Virus record (IMG/VR): IMGVR_UViG_3300033121_000264
Span: 1-64,000 of that record
Length of the DNA: 64,000 nucleotides
Source of the DNA: a virus
Taxonomy: Duplodnaviria; Caudoviricetes
Strand: one strand, 5' to 3'
Both the position numbers and the translations under genes were made by a program. How positions within the stretch are numbered: position 1 is the first letter of the stretch; the number at the start of each line of letters is the position of its first letter. This document shows, piece by piece, positions 9,283 to 20,093 of the stretch. Under the pieces are notes generated by a model. That model had not been told where the DNA came from. It saw nothing but the letters and a program-made list of their open reading frames with translations, and made no database searches.

Positions 9283-11796
9283 ATGGACTTTAAAAATCCA
9301 CAACCAAGCGAAATTGCAGAACGTTCAGTTTTAGGGGGAATTTTACATCATGGACAAGAAGCTTATTTAGATGTAGCAGATATTATTACTCCAGATTCAT
9401 TTACAAATGATATGAATAAGGTAATATATAACTGTATTAGACAGATTTGTGAGAAAAAAGCCGAAGGTGTTGTGTTAGACCCTGGACTTGTATTATCAGC
9501 TTCACAGGAATGTGGATATGGTCAATTCTTTACAGAAAAGAAACATGCTGAGTATTTAAGGGGTTTGTTTAATTTTGGTGGTACGGTAGATATTAATAAC
9601 ATTCGTACACATGGAGCAAAGATTAGAAAGCTCCAAATTGCTAGAGATTTACAAAAGGCGGCTCTACAATCTGTGGTGGACCTTGGTAATATTAATGGAA
9701 CAGAAGAAATAGAGAAGATTTGTTTCCTAGCCGAAGAACACATTATTCAAGAAATGGATAAGTTATTTGGGCAGGGCCACAATGATATTAAGGATATGGG
9801 TGAGGGACTTTCTGATTTCGTTCAGAATCTTATTGAAAATCCACAAGATAGTTTTGGGATTCCTAATCAGTATGTCGAATATTGTAGGGCTATTGGTGGC
9901 GGACATATTCGTAAAGAATTGGACATTATTGCAGCAAGAGCTAAGCAGGGAAAAGCGGAAACATTAGATAGTATTTTATATACTGTTGACGGTCCTAAAT
10001 TGATGAAAGATATAAAAATAGGAGACTTACTATGTCATCCAAGCGGGAAAACTACAAAAGTTATCCAATTGCATCCTCAGGGTAAATCTCAAGTATACAA
10101 AATTTATTTTAATGATGGAACATTTGTAAAATGTAATAAAGAACATTTATTTACAGTATCACACAGAAGAAATAGATTAGAACAAAATTGTACAATTTCT
10201 ATACAAAATTTACTTAATAAAAATTTAAATTACAAAACTCTTGATGGTAAAAGGCGTAATAATTATTATATAAAATTAACTAAGCCAGTTAAAATGAATA
10301 AAAAACCATTACCTATCCATCCATATGTTATGGGGGTTATTTTAGGAGATGCTCATATTGGTAAAATGGTAATGCTTACATGTTTTGATAACCAAATCAT
10401 TGAAAATTGTAATAAACTACTTAAACCGGGTTATAAGTTTAAAAAATCTAAAAAACGAGAAGGATTATATCTATTGGTTGGTAAAACTAATGGTCTAAAT
10501 TACTATAATCGGATTTTAAAAGAAATTGGATTATATGGAACAAAAGCCAAAAATAAGTTTATACCATCAATCTATAAATACAATAGCAAAAAAAATAGGT
10601 CTTTCTTATTGCAAGGTTTAATGGATACTGATGGTTATGCTGGTAGCAAAAATATAATTCCAGAATATGCTACTAAATCTAAAAAATTAGCACTAGACGT
10701 AACTGAAGTTGTTGAATCGCTAGGAGGAATTTGTAAACTAAAAAGAAGAATCACATATTGTAACAATATAGGTTTTTATTCTTATAGATTACACATTAGC
10801 ACAAATAATAATAAACAATTATTTAAATTAGATAGAAAAATTAATGCAGCATCTATTAGAACTAAAACAGAATTAAAAAGATGGATTACTAAAATAGTAA
10901 AAACAAAAAAACAAGAAGAAATGCAATGTATTACTGTAGATGCTAAAGATGGTCTTTATCTTACAAATAATTTTATTGTTACTCATAACAGTTTTTTCGC
11001 AGATAATATCGGATTTTACATTGCTGAGAAGTTTAACATTCCTGTCATTAATATTGACACGGAACTTTCTCAAGAACAACACTGGATTAGACTATTAGGT
11101 ATTATTTCCGGCGTTGATATGAATGAAATTAAGACTGGTCAATTTGCCAAAGACCCAGAAAAATTAGCAAAGGTACGTGACGCAGAAGAACGTATTAAGA
11201 AGGTGCCTTATAAATATGAATGTATTGGGCATCGTTCGTTTGAAGACGCCTTAGCTATTCTACGTAGATGGGTTAATAAACACGTAGGAATAGATGAAAA
11301 TGGCCGAAGAAATGATTGTTTAATTATATATGACTACATTAAGTTATTGAGTGAAGATGGATTAGAAAAGAATATGGCTGAGTATCAGAAACTAGGTTTT
11401 TTGGTAACGGCCCTAAAGAACTTTCTAATTCGTTATGATGTTCCATGTTTAGCATTTGCTCAATTGAATCGTGATGGTATTGATGGTGATTCAACTGCTG
11501 CTATGGCCGGGTCAGACCGTATTCTTATGTACTGTTCATCTCTGGCTTTTTTCAAACCTAAAACACTAGAAGAAATGGCGATTGGAACTAAGTATGGTAA
11601 TCGTAAGATGCATGTTGTTGCTGCTCGTAATGGACCAGGAACAGATGAAGAAACTTATTTACATATGCAGTTCGATAAAAATATAGGAAGAATAACAGAA
11701 GTTTGTACTCAAGCTAAGGTAAAAGAAGAAGAAAACTATAAAAAGGCATTTGGATACGAAGGTGATGATGACGAAGACATCGAATTACCTAACTAA
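9283..11796 (+). CDS. dnaB: Replicative DNA helicase DnaB with intein
   Basis: AERSVLGGIL, AARAKQGK|S (Walker A after splicing), IDTE, IYDYI, AQLNR, ARNGP. Confidence 0.95.
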   Translation: MDFKNPQPSEIAERSVLGGILHHGQEAYLDVADIITPDSFTNDMNKVIYNCIRQICEKKAEGVVLDPGLVLSASQECGYGQFFTEKKHAEYLRGLFNFGGTVDINNIRTHGAKIRKLQIARDLQKAALQSVVDLGNINGTEEIEKICFLAEEHIIQEMDKLFGQGHNDIKDMGEGLSDFVQNLIENPQDSFGIPNQYVEYCRAIGGGHIRKELDIIAARAKQGKAETLDSILYTVDGPKLMKDIKIGDLLCHPSGKTTKVIQLHPQGKSQVYKIYFNDGTFVKCNKEHLFTVSHRRNRLEQNCTISIQNLLNKNLNYKTLDGKRRNNYYIKLTKPVKMNKKPLPIHPYVMGVILGDAHIGKMVMLTCFDNQIIENCNKLLKPGYKFKKSKKREGLYLLVGKTNGLNYYNRILKEIGLYGTKAKNKFIPSIYKYNSKKNRSFLLQGLMDTDGYAGSKNIIPEYATKSKKLALDVTEVVESLGGICKLKRRITYCNNIGFYSYRLHISTNNNKQLFKLDRKINAASIRTKTELKRWITKIVKTKKQEEMQCITVDAKDGLYLTNNFIVTHNSFFADNIGFYIAEKFNIPVINIDTELSQEQHWIRLLGIISGVDMNEIKTGQFAKDPEKLAKVRDAEERIKKVPYKYECIGHRSFEDALAILRRWVNKHVGIDENGRRNDCLIIYDYIKLLSEDGLEKNMAEYQKLGFLVTALKNFLIRYDVPCLAFAQLNRDGIDGDSTAAMAGSDRILMYCSSLAFFKPKTLEEMAIGTKYGNRKMHVVAARNGPGTDEETYLHMQFDKNIGRITEVCTQAKVKEEENYKKAFGYEGDDDEDIELPN
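9955..10989 (+). mobile_element. 345-aa LAGLIDADG intein in the DnaB Walker A; Ala1, class-3-like
   Basis: Begins AETLDS, ends MQCITV...IVTHN followed by Ser; GVILGDA and LQGLMDTDG. Confidence 0.93.
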
Positions 11797-12907
11797 AGAA
11801 GAAATTGTATTTATTAATCAAGAAGCCGGAGAATGCGTTCAAGAGATTTTAGACGAATTAGAAGTAGAATACTTCAAAAATGGTAAAAAACTCTGTGGGC
11901 CATGTCCTGTTCATGAAGGTGATAATCCTAGTGGATGGTCTGTCTTTATAGATGGACATTCTGCTAAAGGTAATTGGATGTGTCATACTCATGGGTGTCA
12001 TCAGTATAGAAATGTTAATCAGAATGGTTTTGGTAATACAATGCTTGGACTTGTCCACGGAATCCTTTCAGTCAAGAATCCCAAAACTACTTTGACCGAC
12101 GCAGGTAATTGGCTCAAGACCTTTTTAAAAATAGACCAGACGTTTAAAATAAATCCGGCCGACGTTGAACGCAGAGAATGGCTCAGACAAGCCGCGACGT
12201 TTTTTAAATCAACAACCGTACATAAAAATATTGCGACGTTGGCTCAGGCTAGAAAGAACTTGATAATTCCATCTCCCTATTTTGTTAAAAGAGGTTATTC
12301 TCCAGAAATACTTGACCTTTATAGTGTTGGAGATTGTATGACTAAAGGTAAGGAGATGTATTACAGAGCAGTTGCACCAATTCTTAGTAATGATTGTAAT
12401 CATATAATTGGAGCTACAGCACGAAGTTTATGGAATGAATGCCCAAACTGCAACCTCTGGCACGACCCAAAAGAAACGTGTTTTGTCTCAGCTAAACATA
12501 TCAAAAAAAAATCTAAGTGGCTTAACTCAGAAGGACTTACGGCTTCCAGTGTGTTGTATAACCTGTGGTACGCGACTAACATTATCTCTTTAAAAAGACA
12601 AACCATTCTCGTGGAGGGTGCTGGAGATGTATGGAAGCTCGAACAAGCAGGTATCCATAATTCGCTGGCTATACTAGGTAAAAACTTCTCTGATGAGCAA
12701 CAGTTACTATTAGAAAAAGCCGGAGTGATAGATATAATAGTTTTACTAGACCAAGACGACGCTGGTAGACAGGGTTGTGAAGCTATTAAAAACAAGCTAG
12801 GTAACTTCTTCCGGCTTTCCTTTCCTACAATATCCAAGAAGGACGTTGGTGAACTATCAATATCAGAAATCGAAACAGAAATTAAACCTTTAATCGTATC
12901 GGAGTAA
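11750..12907 (+). CDS. dnaG: DNA primase (CHC2 Zn finger plus TOPRIM)
   Basis: CPVH...WMCHTHGC; LVEGAGDV; LDQDDAG. Confidence 0.88.
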   Translation: MDTKVMMTKTSNYLTKEEIVFINQEAGECVQEILDELEVEYFKNGKKLCGPCPVHEGDNPSGWSVFIDGHSAKGNWMCHTHGCHQYRNVNQNGFGNTMLGLVHGILSVKNPKTTLTDAGNWLKTFLKIDQTFKINPADVERREWLRQAATFFKSTTVHKNIATLAQARKNLIIPSPYFVKRGYSPEILDLYSVGDCMTKGKEMYYRAVAPILSNDCNHIIGATARSLWNECPNCNLWHDPKETCFVSAKHIKKKSKWLNSEGLTASSVLYNLWYATNIISLKRQTILVEGAGDVWKLEQAGIHNSLAILGKNFSDEQQLLLEKAGVIDIIVLLDQDDAGRQGCEAIKNKLGNFFRLSFPTISKKDVGELSISEIETEIKPLIVSE

Positions 12908-12908
12908 C

Positions 12909-12937
12909 TTAAAGAATTATTTAAAAAGATATATAAT
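12909..12937 (+). promoter_or_regulatory. Possible sigma70-type promoter
   Basis: TTAAAG-N17-TATAAT in one of the few intergenic gaps; AT-rich context weakens it. Confidence 0.35.
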
Positions 12938-12990
12938 GGAAATTTCTGTCTCACTAGAAAATTTAACAAGGTAAAAAAGGTAGGATATGT

Positions 12991-13800
12991 ATGACTAAAT
13001 TAGTTGCATTCACAGGTCGCCTCCAGAGCGGTAAATCATCTTCTGCAAATTTCATGTTTGGACTAGAACTTATGTCACTAGAACTCATTGACCGTTTTGC
13101 TATGAGCAAGGATGGTAAGTTGGTTGTTCCGACAGCAGGACCGGATGGTAAAGTTGTAGATTCAGAAATTGATATGTCTTTATCAGTACCAAAGATTGAG
13201 AACTATGAAATGTATGAATTTATGAGTACAAAGATTTGGCCTTATATTAAGGTTTATAATTTTGCTGACCCATTAAAGAAGTTCTTAATGGATGTGTTTG
13301 ACCTAACTTGGGAACAATGTTATGGTTCAAATGAAGATAAGAATACTCCAACAAAGGTACTTTGGGAAAATATGCCTAATAGACCTAATAATCGTAAAAA
13401 ACCTATGACAGCACGCGAATTAATGGAATATTTTGGAACTGATGTATGTCGTAAGATGTACGATAATGTATGGGTGGAAGCCACACTCAAACAAATTAAT
13501 CAAGAGCAACCAGAAATCGCTATAATTGGAGACTGTCGCTTTCCTAACGAAGTTGACGCAATTAAGAATGCTGGCGGCAAAGTAATTCGTTTAACGTTGG
13601 ATGGTGCACCAGGAAATACCCATTTAAGTAATACAGTATTAGATGCTGATAAGTATGATTGGAAAAACTTTGATGCAGTTATTGATAATGCTAATATGGA
13701 TTTAGATACTAAGAATGATAAGATTTTAGCTTTAATGCAAGGTTGGGACATTCTTTCATATAAGGTTAAAGTAGAAGAAGGAGTTTATCAAAATGTCTAA
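12991..13800 (+). CDS. Deoxynucleoside monophosphate kinase (T4 gp1-like)
   Basis: GRLQSGKS, FADPLK, TARELMEYFGT, DCRFPNE. Confidence 0.88.
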   Translation: MTKLVAFTGRLQSGKSSSANFMFGLELMSLELIDRFAMSKDGKLVVPTAGPDGKVVDSEIDMSLSVPKIENYEMYEFMSTKIWPYIKVYNFADPLKKFLMDVFDLTWEQCYGSNEDKNTPTKVLWENMPNRPNNRKKPMTARELMEYFGTDVCRKMYDNVWVEATLKQINQEQPEIAIIGDCRFPNEVDAIKNAGGKVIRLTLDGAPGNTHLSNTVLDADKYDWKNFDAVIDNANMDLDTKNDKILALMQGWDILSYKVKVEEGVYQNV

Positions 13801-14197
13801 GCCATTCGGTTATTCGTATTTAGTGGATTTATATTATTGTAAAGAAGGGGCTGCTGATGACCTAGAATTACATTACCGTTTTCTAGAGAAATTAGTAGCA
13901 AAACTTGGAATGACTGCAATGGCACCGCCAGTTGTAATTCATGCTAATTCTAAATTTGATAAAGATTTAAATAGAACTGAGGTATTCCCAGAAAAGGCAG
14001 GAGTGAGCGGTTGGCAACCACTTATAGAGTCTGGAATACAAATCCATAGTTTAGAACCAAAACGATTTATTACAATTGATTGTTATTCATGTAATGAATT
14101 TGATTACAATATGGTGCGTAAATTTGCTGTAGAAACATTTGGAGCGCAACACTGGGAAGACCATTATATAGTACGCGGAATTAACTACGGAGAATAA
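13793..14197 (+). CDS. speD: S-adenosylmethionine decarboxylase proenzyme
   Basis: GVSG...LIESGIQIH (ES autocleavage site), IDCYSC. Confidence 0.8.
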   Translation: MSKPFGYSYLVDLYYCKEGAADDLELHYRFLEKLVAKLGMTAMAPPVVIHANSKFDKDLNRTEVFPEKAGVSGWQPLIESGIQIHSLEPKRFITIDCYSCNEFDYNMVRKFAVETFGAQHWEDHYIVRGINYGE

Positions 14198-14198
14198 T

Positions 14199-15209
14199 TT
14201 GTTAACAACATACTTTAGAAGTAGTAGTTTAAATAGATATGAAGGTTGTCAAAATGCTTATTTTATGGAATATGTACTAGGACTTGAAACAAAAGCAAAT
14301 AAAGCCGCAGACAAGGGTAATGTCGTCCATAAGGTTCTGGAATGCTTAGCTCATAAAGAGTTATGTATCAAGGAAGGCAAATCCGAATTTGAGGATGAAG
14401 GTCTTGGTACAATGTTAGTAGGAGCTATGGTCCCTCGGCTTTTATTAGATAAGAGCTATGACTACTACAAATCTTTGTCACCACAACATGATTGGTGCGA
14501 AAAGGATAGAGAAGAATGTTGGGGTTGGGTTCAAAAGGCTTTAAGCGATGGTAATGGAGAATTTGACCCAAAGAATCTAGATATTGTTTCTCCGGAAATT
14601 CACTTCGATTTAGAAATTCCTTATAATTGGGCGGAATACTCATTCATTCTGAACAATGAAGAAATTAAGGGTCGTTTACATATCAAGGGCACAATTGACC
14701 TAGTTCGTCGCGTAGATGAGAATACGTATGAAATTGTAGACTATAAGACTGGTCAACGTAAAGACTGGAATAAAGGAACTATTAAAGACTTTAATGCATT
14801 ACTTCACGACCGCCAGTTACAATTGTATTACTATGCGGCGCGTAGACTATTTCCTGAGATTAAAGACTTATTAGTTAATATCTACTTCATTAGAAGCGGT
14901 GGTTCATACCAACTTCCATTTGATGATGATACATTAGTAGAATTTGAAGCTTATATGAAAGAAACTTTCACTAAGATGAAAGGAACTTTAATTCCACAGA
15001 AGAATGTAAGTTTTAAATGTAAGTGGTGCCCCTTCTATAAGGATTATGTAAACAAGGCTGGTCAGACCACAGGTAAAAATATTTGTGACCATCTTCATCA
15101 AGAAGTTCTGAAGAAGGGTATTCGTAAGGTTACTGAGGAATATACAAGAGATGGATATAACGCCTCAAAATATATGGATGGTGGTGGAGCTAAGGCGAGA
15201 GGAACATAA
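14199..15209 (+). CDS. PD-(D/E)xK (RecB/Cas4-like) nuclease
   Basis: GNVVHKVLE, GTIDLV, IVDYKTG, QLQLY, CKWCPF. Confidence 0.85.
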   Translation: MLTTYFRSSSLNRYEGCQNAYFMEYVLGLETKANKAADKGNVVHKVLECLAHKELCIKEGKSEFEDEGLGTMLVGAMVPRLLLDKSYDYYKSLSPQHDWCEKDREECWGWVQKALSDGNGEFDPKNLDIVSPEIHFDLEIPYNWAEYSFILNNEEIKGRLHIKGTIDLVRRVDENTYEIVDYKTGQRKDWNKGTIKDFNALLHDRQLQLYYYAARRLFPEIKDLLVNIYFIRSGGSYQLPFDDDTLVEFEAYMKETFTKMKGTLIPQKNVSFKCKWCPFYKDYVNKAGQTTGKNICDHLHQEVLKKGIRKVTEEYTRDGYNASKYMDGGGAKARGT

Positions 15210-15559
15210 TGGGATTATTCAACTGGTTTAAAAAAGACGATAAAGACGACAAAGAGTTTGGAGCTGCACGGTCGTCCAAGTGGCCGACAGTAAGAAAGCA
15301 CTTTTTAGAAAAACATCCATATTGCGAAGTTTGTGGGTCAAAAAATAATTTGAATGTCCACCATATGAAACCTTTTCATCTTGAGCCGGAGCTAGAATTA
15401 GATGAGTCAAATCTAATTACTTTATGTGAAGGTAAAAGTGTTAATTGTCATTTTCTATTTGGTCATTTTTGTAATTGGAAGAATTTTAATCCAGATGTAG
15501 TAAAAGACTCAGCAGAGTGGAGTTTAAAGTTAAATAGAAGTGGAGTAAATAATGAATAA
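15209..15559 (+). CDS. Small HNH endonuclease
   Basis: CEVCG...VHHMKP...NLITLC...CH. Confidence 0.8.
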   Translation: MGLFNWFKKDDKDDKEFGAARSSKWPTVRKHFLEKHPYCEVCGSKNNLNVHHMKPFHLEPELELDESNLITLCEGKSVNCHFLFGHFCNWKNFNPDVVKDSAEWSLKLNRSGVNNE

Positions 15560-16052
15560 GATTGAACTTGAATTTGCAAAATTAGACCAAGACGCAGTTA
15601 TTCCAGTTAAGAATAAAGGTAATATTGGTTTGGATTTAGTTTGTATTGAGGATGTAACCTTAAGACCAGGTGAGCGTAAGACTATAAGAACTGGATTAGC
15701 TGTTGACATTCCAGAAGGTTATGCTATAATTTTCAAAGACAGGTCAGGAAATGCTGCAAAGCGCGGCCTACATATTTTGGCTGGAGTAATTGATTCATCA
15801 TATATTGGCGAGTTGTTAGTTTGTGTATGTAGACTTGACTTGTATCAAGGTCAGATGTTACTATTTGATTATGATTTAAATCATTGTATTAAAAATAATC
15901 AATATGATGCTAATTATGTTACAATAAAAAAAGGCGAACGTATCTGTCAAATGATACTAGTGCCTGACTATGATATTACAATTATAGAAACGTCCGAAAT
16001 TAACAAACAAACAGAACGTGCGGATAAAGGTTTTGGGAGTAGTGGACTATGA
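15552..16052 (+). CDS. dut: Trimeric dUTPase
   Basis: GLDL, DRSG, GVIDSSYIGE, ERICQ, RADKGFGSSG. Confidence 0.93.
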   Translation: MNKIELEFAKLDQDAVIPVKNKGNIGLDLVCIEDVTLRPGERKTIRTGLAVDIPEGYAIIFKDRSGNAAKRGLHILAGVIDSSYIGELLVCVCRLDLYQGQMLLFDYDLNHCIKNNQYDANYVTIKKGERICQMILVPDYDITIIETSEINKQTERADKGFGSSGL

Positions 16053-16576
16053 AGTATGATACTAAAATTATTCAACTTATAGCTGCTCCTGGTGTTGGTA
16101 AATCAACAACCGCTGCTGGAGTTTTCTACCACCTTAAACTAGCAGGATTTGATGTTGAAATAGCATCAGAATACGCAAAAGAATTAACATGGCACGACCG
16201 ACAATTATGTATGGAATGTCAGCCCTACTTATTTGGTAAACAATTATATAGAGTTGAGAAGCTATTAGGAAAGGTAGAATTTATAATTACCGATTCACCA
16301 CTTATTCTCTCGGCTTTTTATGCTGCTGACAAGTATCCGCCTAGTTTTAAACAATTCATAGTAGATACTTATAAATCACTTCCTAATATGAACTTTCTAT
16401 TAGAAAGAACTAAACCTTATAATCCAAATGGGCGTAACCAAACTTTGGAAGAATCAAAAGAAATTCAAAGAAAAATTATTGACATTTTGGACACAAATGG
16501 TATAGTCTATGAAAGAGTAAAAGCAAATAAGGATGGCGTTAAATATATTGTAAATAAAGTTGAATCAAAAATTTAA
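16049..16576 (+). CDS. P-loop NTPase/kinase (NadR-like AAA)
   Basis: APGVGKST, EYAKEL, ITDSP, GRNQ. Confidence 0.75.
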   Translation: MKYDTKIIQLIAAPGVGKSTTAAGVFYHLKLAGFDVEIASEYAKELTWHDRQLCMECQPYLFGKQLYRVEKLLGKVEFIITDSPLILSAFYAADKYPPSFKQFIVDTYKSLPNMNFLLERTKPYNPNGRNQTLEESKEIQRKIIDILDTNGIVYERVKANKDGVKYIVNKVESKI

Positions 16577-16578
16577 AT

Positions 16579-17073
16579 ATGGGATTAAGAAAATACTACA
16601 AATATTACAAAGAAAACGGATTATGTGTTGATTGTATTCAACCTAAAGAAGAAAATAGACTTAAATTTATTCATTGTCAAAAATGTTCTAACAGGATTAA
16701 AGAGCAAAGTAAAAAAAGAAAATTAAAAGGTTTATGCGTAAAATGTAATAATAAAGTAGTAGAAAACAAAAGTTTATGTCAAGAGTGTAGTAAATTATCT
16801 AATGATAGAACTACTAAAAAAAGAAAAAACGATAAAGAAATAGTATTTAAATACTATGGAAATAAATGTGTTTGTTGTCAAGAAAGTAGAATAGAATTTT
16901 TGACTATAGACCATGTAAATAATGATGGAGCAGAAGATAGAAGAAAAAACAAACATAAAGCTATCTGTCATCATATCATTAAACAAAATTTTCCTGATAA
17001 ATATCAAATATTATGTTGGAATTGTAATGCAGCTAAACAATATTATGGAGTTTGTCCTCATAAGGAAACGTAA
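16579..17073 (+). mobile_element. Cys-rich HNH endonuclease (second family)
   Basis: Repeated GLCVxC; LTIDHVNNDG...ILCWNCN. Confidence 0.75.
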
Positions 17074-17075
17074 AA

Positions 17076-17474
17076 ATGAATTTGGTTTATGAAACATCTT
17101 TTGTTATAATGCCAATCGACACTAATTATATGACGCCAATGGTTTTTGGCGGAGCATTCTTTAGTAAGTTAGACCTTGCTGCTGCTTGCTGTGTAAGTGA
17201 GTTATTAGCAGATTCTCCAACTGGTTGTGACTCAGCAGTTACATATAAATATAATGGAGAATTTCTTGATGCTGCTCAAATGGGCGACATTATCTATATA
17301 AAAGTTGAAGTAGTAGAACTACGTCATAAATCTGTTAGAATGAAAGTGATTGCTCATAGAGCTAAAAGAGCGAAAAAGGGACGAGACTTAGTGGCTACTG
17401 CTGAATTCGTATTTGTTACTAAGAAAGATGGAAAATTTTGTAATCATGGATTGTCATTAATCAAGGAGTCCTAG
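17076..17474 (+). CDS. Hotdog-fold acyl-CoA thioesterase
   Basis: VMPIDTN...VFGG...LDLAA...FVFV. Confidence 0.75.
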   Translation: MNLVYETSFVIMPIDTNYMTPMVFGGAFFSKLDLAAACCVSELLADSPTGCDSAVTYKYNGEFLDAAQMGDIIYIKVEVVELRHKSVRMKVIAHRAKRAKKGRDLVATAEFVFVTKKDGKFCNHGLSLIKES

Positions 17475-19420
17475 TGTTTAATTCCCTAAAAAATCACACA
17501 CACTATTCTTTACAGCTTTCTCCAATGAGGCCACATCAGCTAGTACATAGAGCATGGCAAATTGGGTCTGATGCTGTAGCTATTACTGATACTGGTAGTA
17601 TCTCATGTGCGTTAGACTTTCATAAAGCATGTAAGGAAACGTGTGAATGTGGTCGTCCTAAGAAAGCCCATCCTAATAGAGAATGCGAAACTTTCAAAGC
17701 TATTAAAATGAAGCCTATTCTTGGGTGCGAATTTAATGTATGCAAACAGCCCGCAACTGAGAAAGACGATAGTAATATTGCTAAGGATAAACTCTATATT
17801 CTAGCAAAAAACTATAATGGGTGGAAAACTCTAATCAAATTAGTATCTCTAAGCCATAAAAACTTCTATAAAAAGCCGAGAGTGTCTATCCATGACCTTA
17901 AAGGAATGGTTGACGGTAATCTTATATGTTATAGTGGGTCAGTAGGTACTGAATTAGGTAATTTACTATGGGAAGGTGATGAATCTTATGGGCTTGATGA
18001 AGCATCGTTAGAAATGCGTCGTAAGCCAAATCAGAAAGAGTTAGCTCTCAATTGGTTAAATGAATATATTGGAGTCTTTGGTAAAGATAATGTCTTTGTT
18101 GAAATTCAAGATAATCAATTGGTCCAAAACAAATTGTCTGCTCCACTTTTAAGAGAAGTAGCAGAAGAAGTTGGTGTTAAATGTATTGCTACAAATAATG
18201 TCTATTATCCACATAAAGAAGATAAATTAGACCAACAAGTATTAATGGCTAGTTTATTAAAATGTAAAATTAAATCACTATTTGAAACAATCATTAAGAA
18301 AGCCCCAGAATTAAACTTTGTCACATACTCTAGTAATCATATGCCTAATGTGGATGAATTAGAAAATCCACAGCATGAGATTGACAATACCAAATTCTTG
18401 TCTGACCTTTGCGAAGAATATAAGATTACGAGCAATCCTATTTTTCCAAATTTCGAGTGTCCAGACTCAAAGAATCCAACAGTATATTTGAGAGAATTAT
18501 GTCGTGAGGGCTGGAAAAGAAAAATTCAAGGTAAAATCACCAAAGAAGATGAGGCCAAATATGTTACCCAAATCAAAGAAGAATTAGATGTATTTGAAGA
18601 ATACAAACTAGATACATACTTTTTAGTCGTTCAAGACTATATTAGATGGGCCAAGAAACAAATGTTGGTTGGGCCGGGTCGTGGTAGCGTTGGTGGTTCA
18701 TTAGCAGCATATTTATTGGATATAACCGAAGTAGACCCAATCCCTTTCGGCCTTTATTTCTCACGATTTATTAATAAGGGTCGTTTAAGCAAAGACCACA
18801 TCTCATTACCTGATATTGATACAGACTTTCCTAAATCTCGTAGAGGAGATGTTATTCGTTATCTTCAAGAAAAATATGGATACGCTAGAGTTGCACAAAT
18901 TTGTAATTTTGGTACAATGAAAGGGCGTTCAGCTATTACTGATGTTTTTAGTACCCACGACGCATGTTCATTCCAAGAAATTAAGAATATTACAGAATGT
19001 ATTCCAGAAGAATCTAAAATTAGTGATGACCTTCAAGAAATGATTGAAGAAGAAGGTGAAGCAAGTATCATTAAATGGACATTGGAAAACAATCCAGAAT
19101 CATTGTCTAAATGGTGCGAAATTGATAGTTCAGGTAATCTAACAGGTGATTATGCTGAATATTTTAAACAAGCAATTCGCTTAGAAGGATGTAAACGTAG
19201 TATTGGTCGTCACGCATCTGGAATTATTATTTCTGGCCAAGATATTTCAGAATTAGCTCCTATAATTCAAATTTCAGAGGAAACCGAAGACCTAGCATTA
19301 ATCGGATATGACATGCACGGCTGCGAAATGGTAGGTCTTATAAAAATGGACATTTTGGGCCTAACCACACTAGATAGACTAATGAAATGGCAAGAAATAA
19401 TGGCTACTCAAGAAAGTTGA
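17474..19420 (+). CDS. dnaE: DNA polymerase III alpha, piece 1 (PHP domain and palm, up to KMDILGL)
   Basis: NHTHYS, AITD, GPGRGSVGGSL, PDIDTDF, GRHASG, LIKMDILGL; then stop. Confidence 0.92.
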   Translation: MFNSLKNHTHYSLQLSPMRPHQLVHRAWQIGSDAVAITDTGSISCALDFHKACKETCECGRPKKAHPNRECETFKAIKMKPILGCEFNVCKQPATEKDDSNIAKDKLYILAKNYNGWKTLIKLVSLSHKNFYKKPRVSIHDLKGMVDGNLICYSGSVGTELGNLLWEGDESYGLDEASLEMRRKPNQKELALNWLNEYIGVFGKDNVFVEIQDNQLVQNKLSAPLLREVAEEVGVKCIATNNVYYPHKEDKLDQQVLMASLLKCKIKSLFETIIKKAPELNFVTYSSNHMPNVDELENPQHEIDNTKFLSDLCEEYKITSNPIFPNFECPDSKNPTVYLRELCREGWKRKIQGKITKEDEAKYVTQIKEELDVFEEYKLDTYFLVVQDYIRWAKKQMLVGPGRGSVGGSLAAYLLDITEVDPIPFGLYFSRFINKGRLSKDHISLPDIDTDFPKSRRGDVIRYLQEKYGYARVAQICNFGTMKGRSAITDVFSTHDACSFQEIKNITECIPEESKISDDLQEMIEEEGEASIIKWTLENNPESLSKWCEIDSSGNLTGDYAEYFKQAIRLEGCKRSIGRHASGIIISGQDISELAPIIQISEETEDLALIGYDMHGCEMVGLIKMDILGLTTLDRLMKWQEIMATQES

Positions 19421-19429
19421 TATCTACGT

Positions 19430-19439
19430 GGTGTATTAT
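19430..19439 (+). promoter_or_regulatory. GGTGTATTAT motif variant (copy 3) within an RBS-sequestering hairpin (19432-19472)
   Basis: TGTATTATCTTGTA pairs with TACAGGAGAATACA (13 of 14, including one G-U). Confidence 0.75.
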
Positions 19440-19472
19440 CTTGTAGATACATATCATTTACAGGAGAATACA

Positions 19473-20093
19473 ATGCGAGACACTCATACAAAATTTATAA
19501 ATCAACGTTTTGGTAAACTATTATGTCTAGAAATTGACAAAAAGGATAAATTTGGTCATACATTTTACAAATGTTTATGTGATTGTGGAAAAGAAAAACT
19601 AGTAGTTGGATACGCGTTATTATCTAGTAATACTACAAGTTGTGGTTGTAGTTCTAGAAAAATTGGAGAAAAAAACAAACAATACAAGGGGTATAAAGAG
19701 GTTCCTTATTGGTTTTGGAGACAAATTCAAAGAGGGGCTAAAATAAGAAATATTAAATTTGATATTAAGATTGAAGATATTTGGAATTTATATTTAAAAC
19801 AAGATAGAAAGTGTTCAATTTCTGGGGTTCCAATTCAATTTTGTAAATCTACTAAAAAAAGACAAACAATGAATTTATCAGTAGATAGAATTGATTCTCT
19901 AAAATCTTATAATATTAATAATATTCAATTAGTACACAAAACTATTAATAGAATCAAACAAAATTTATCTCAAGAAGACTTTTTTATTATATGTAATTTA
20001 ATTGCTAATAAACACCCAAAATTTATTAAAAATATAGAGGAGATTTTGAATTCATATGGATGGGCAAGAAAAAACGTTAAGTCAAAAAATTAA
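19473..20093 (+). mobile_element. Free-standing HNH homing endonuclease; start likely ATG 19473
   Basis: KCLCDCG, SVDRIDS...NIQLVH; AGGAG RBS. Confidence 0.85.

Noticed and set aside
14199-15209. Cas4 or a CRISPR system
   Set aside because: No repeat-spacer array or other cas genes seen; stand-alone PD-(D/E)xK nucleases are common in phages
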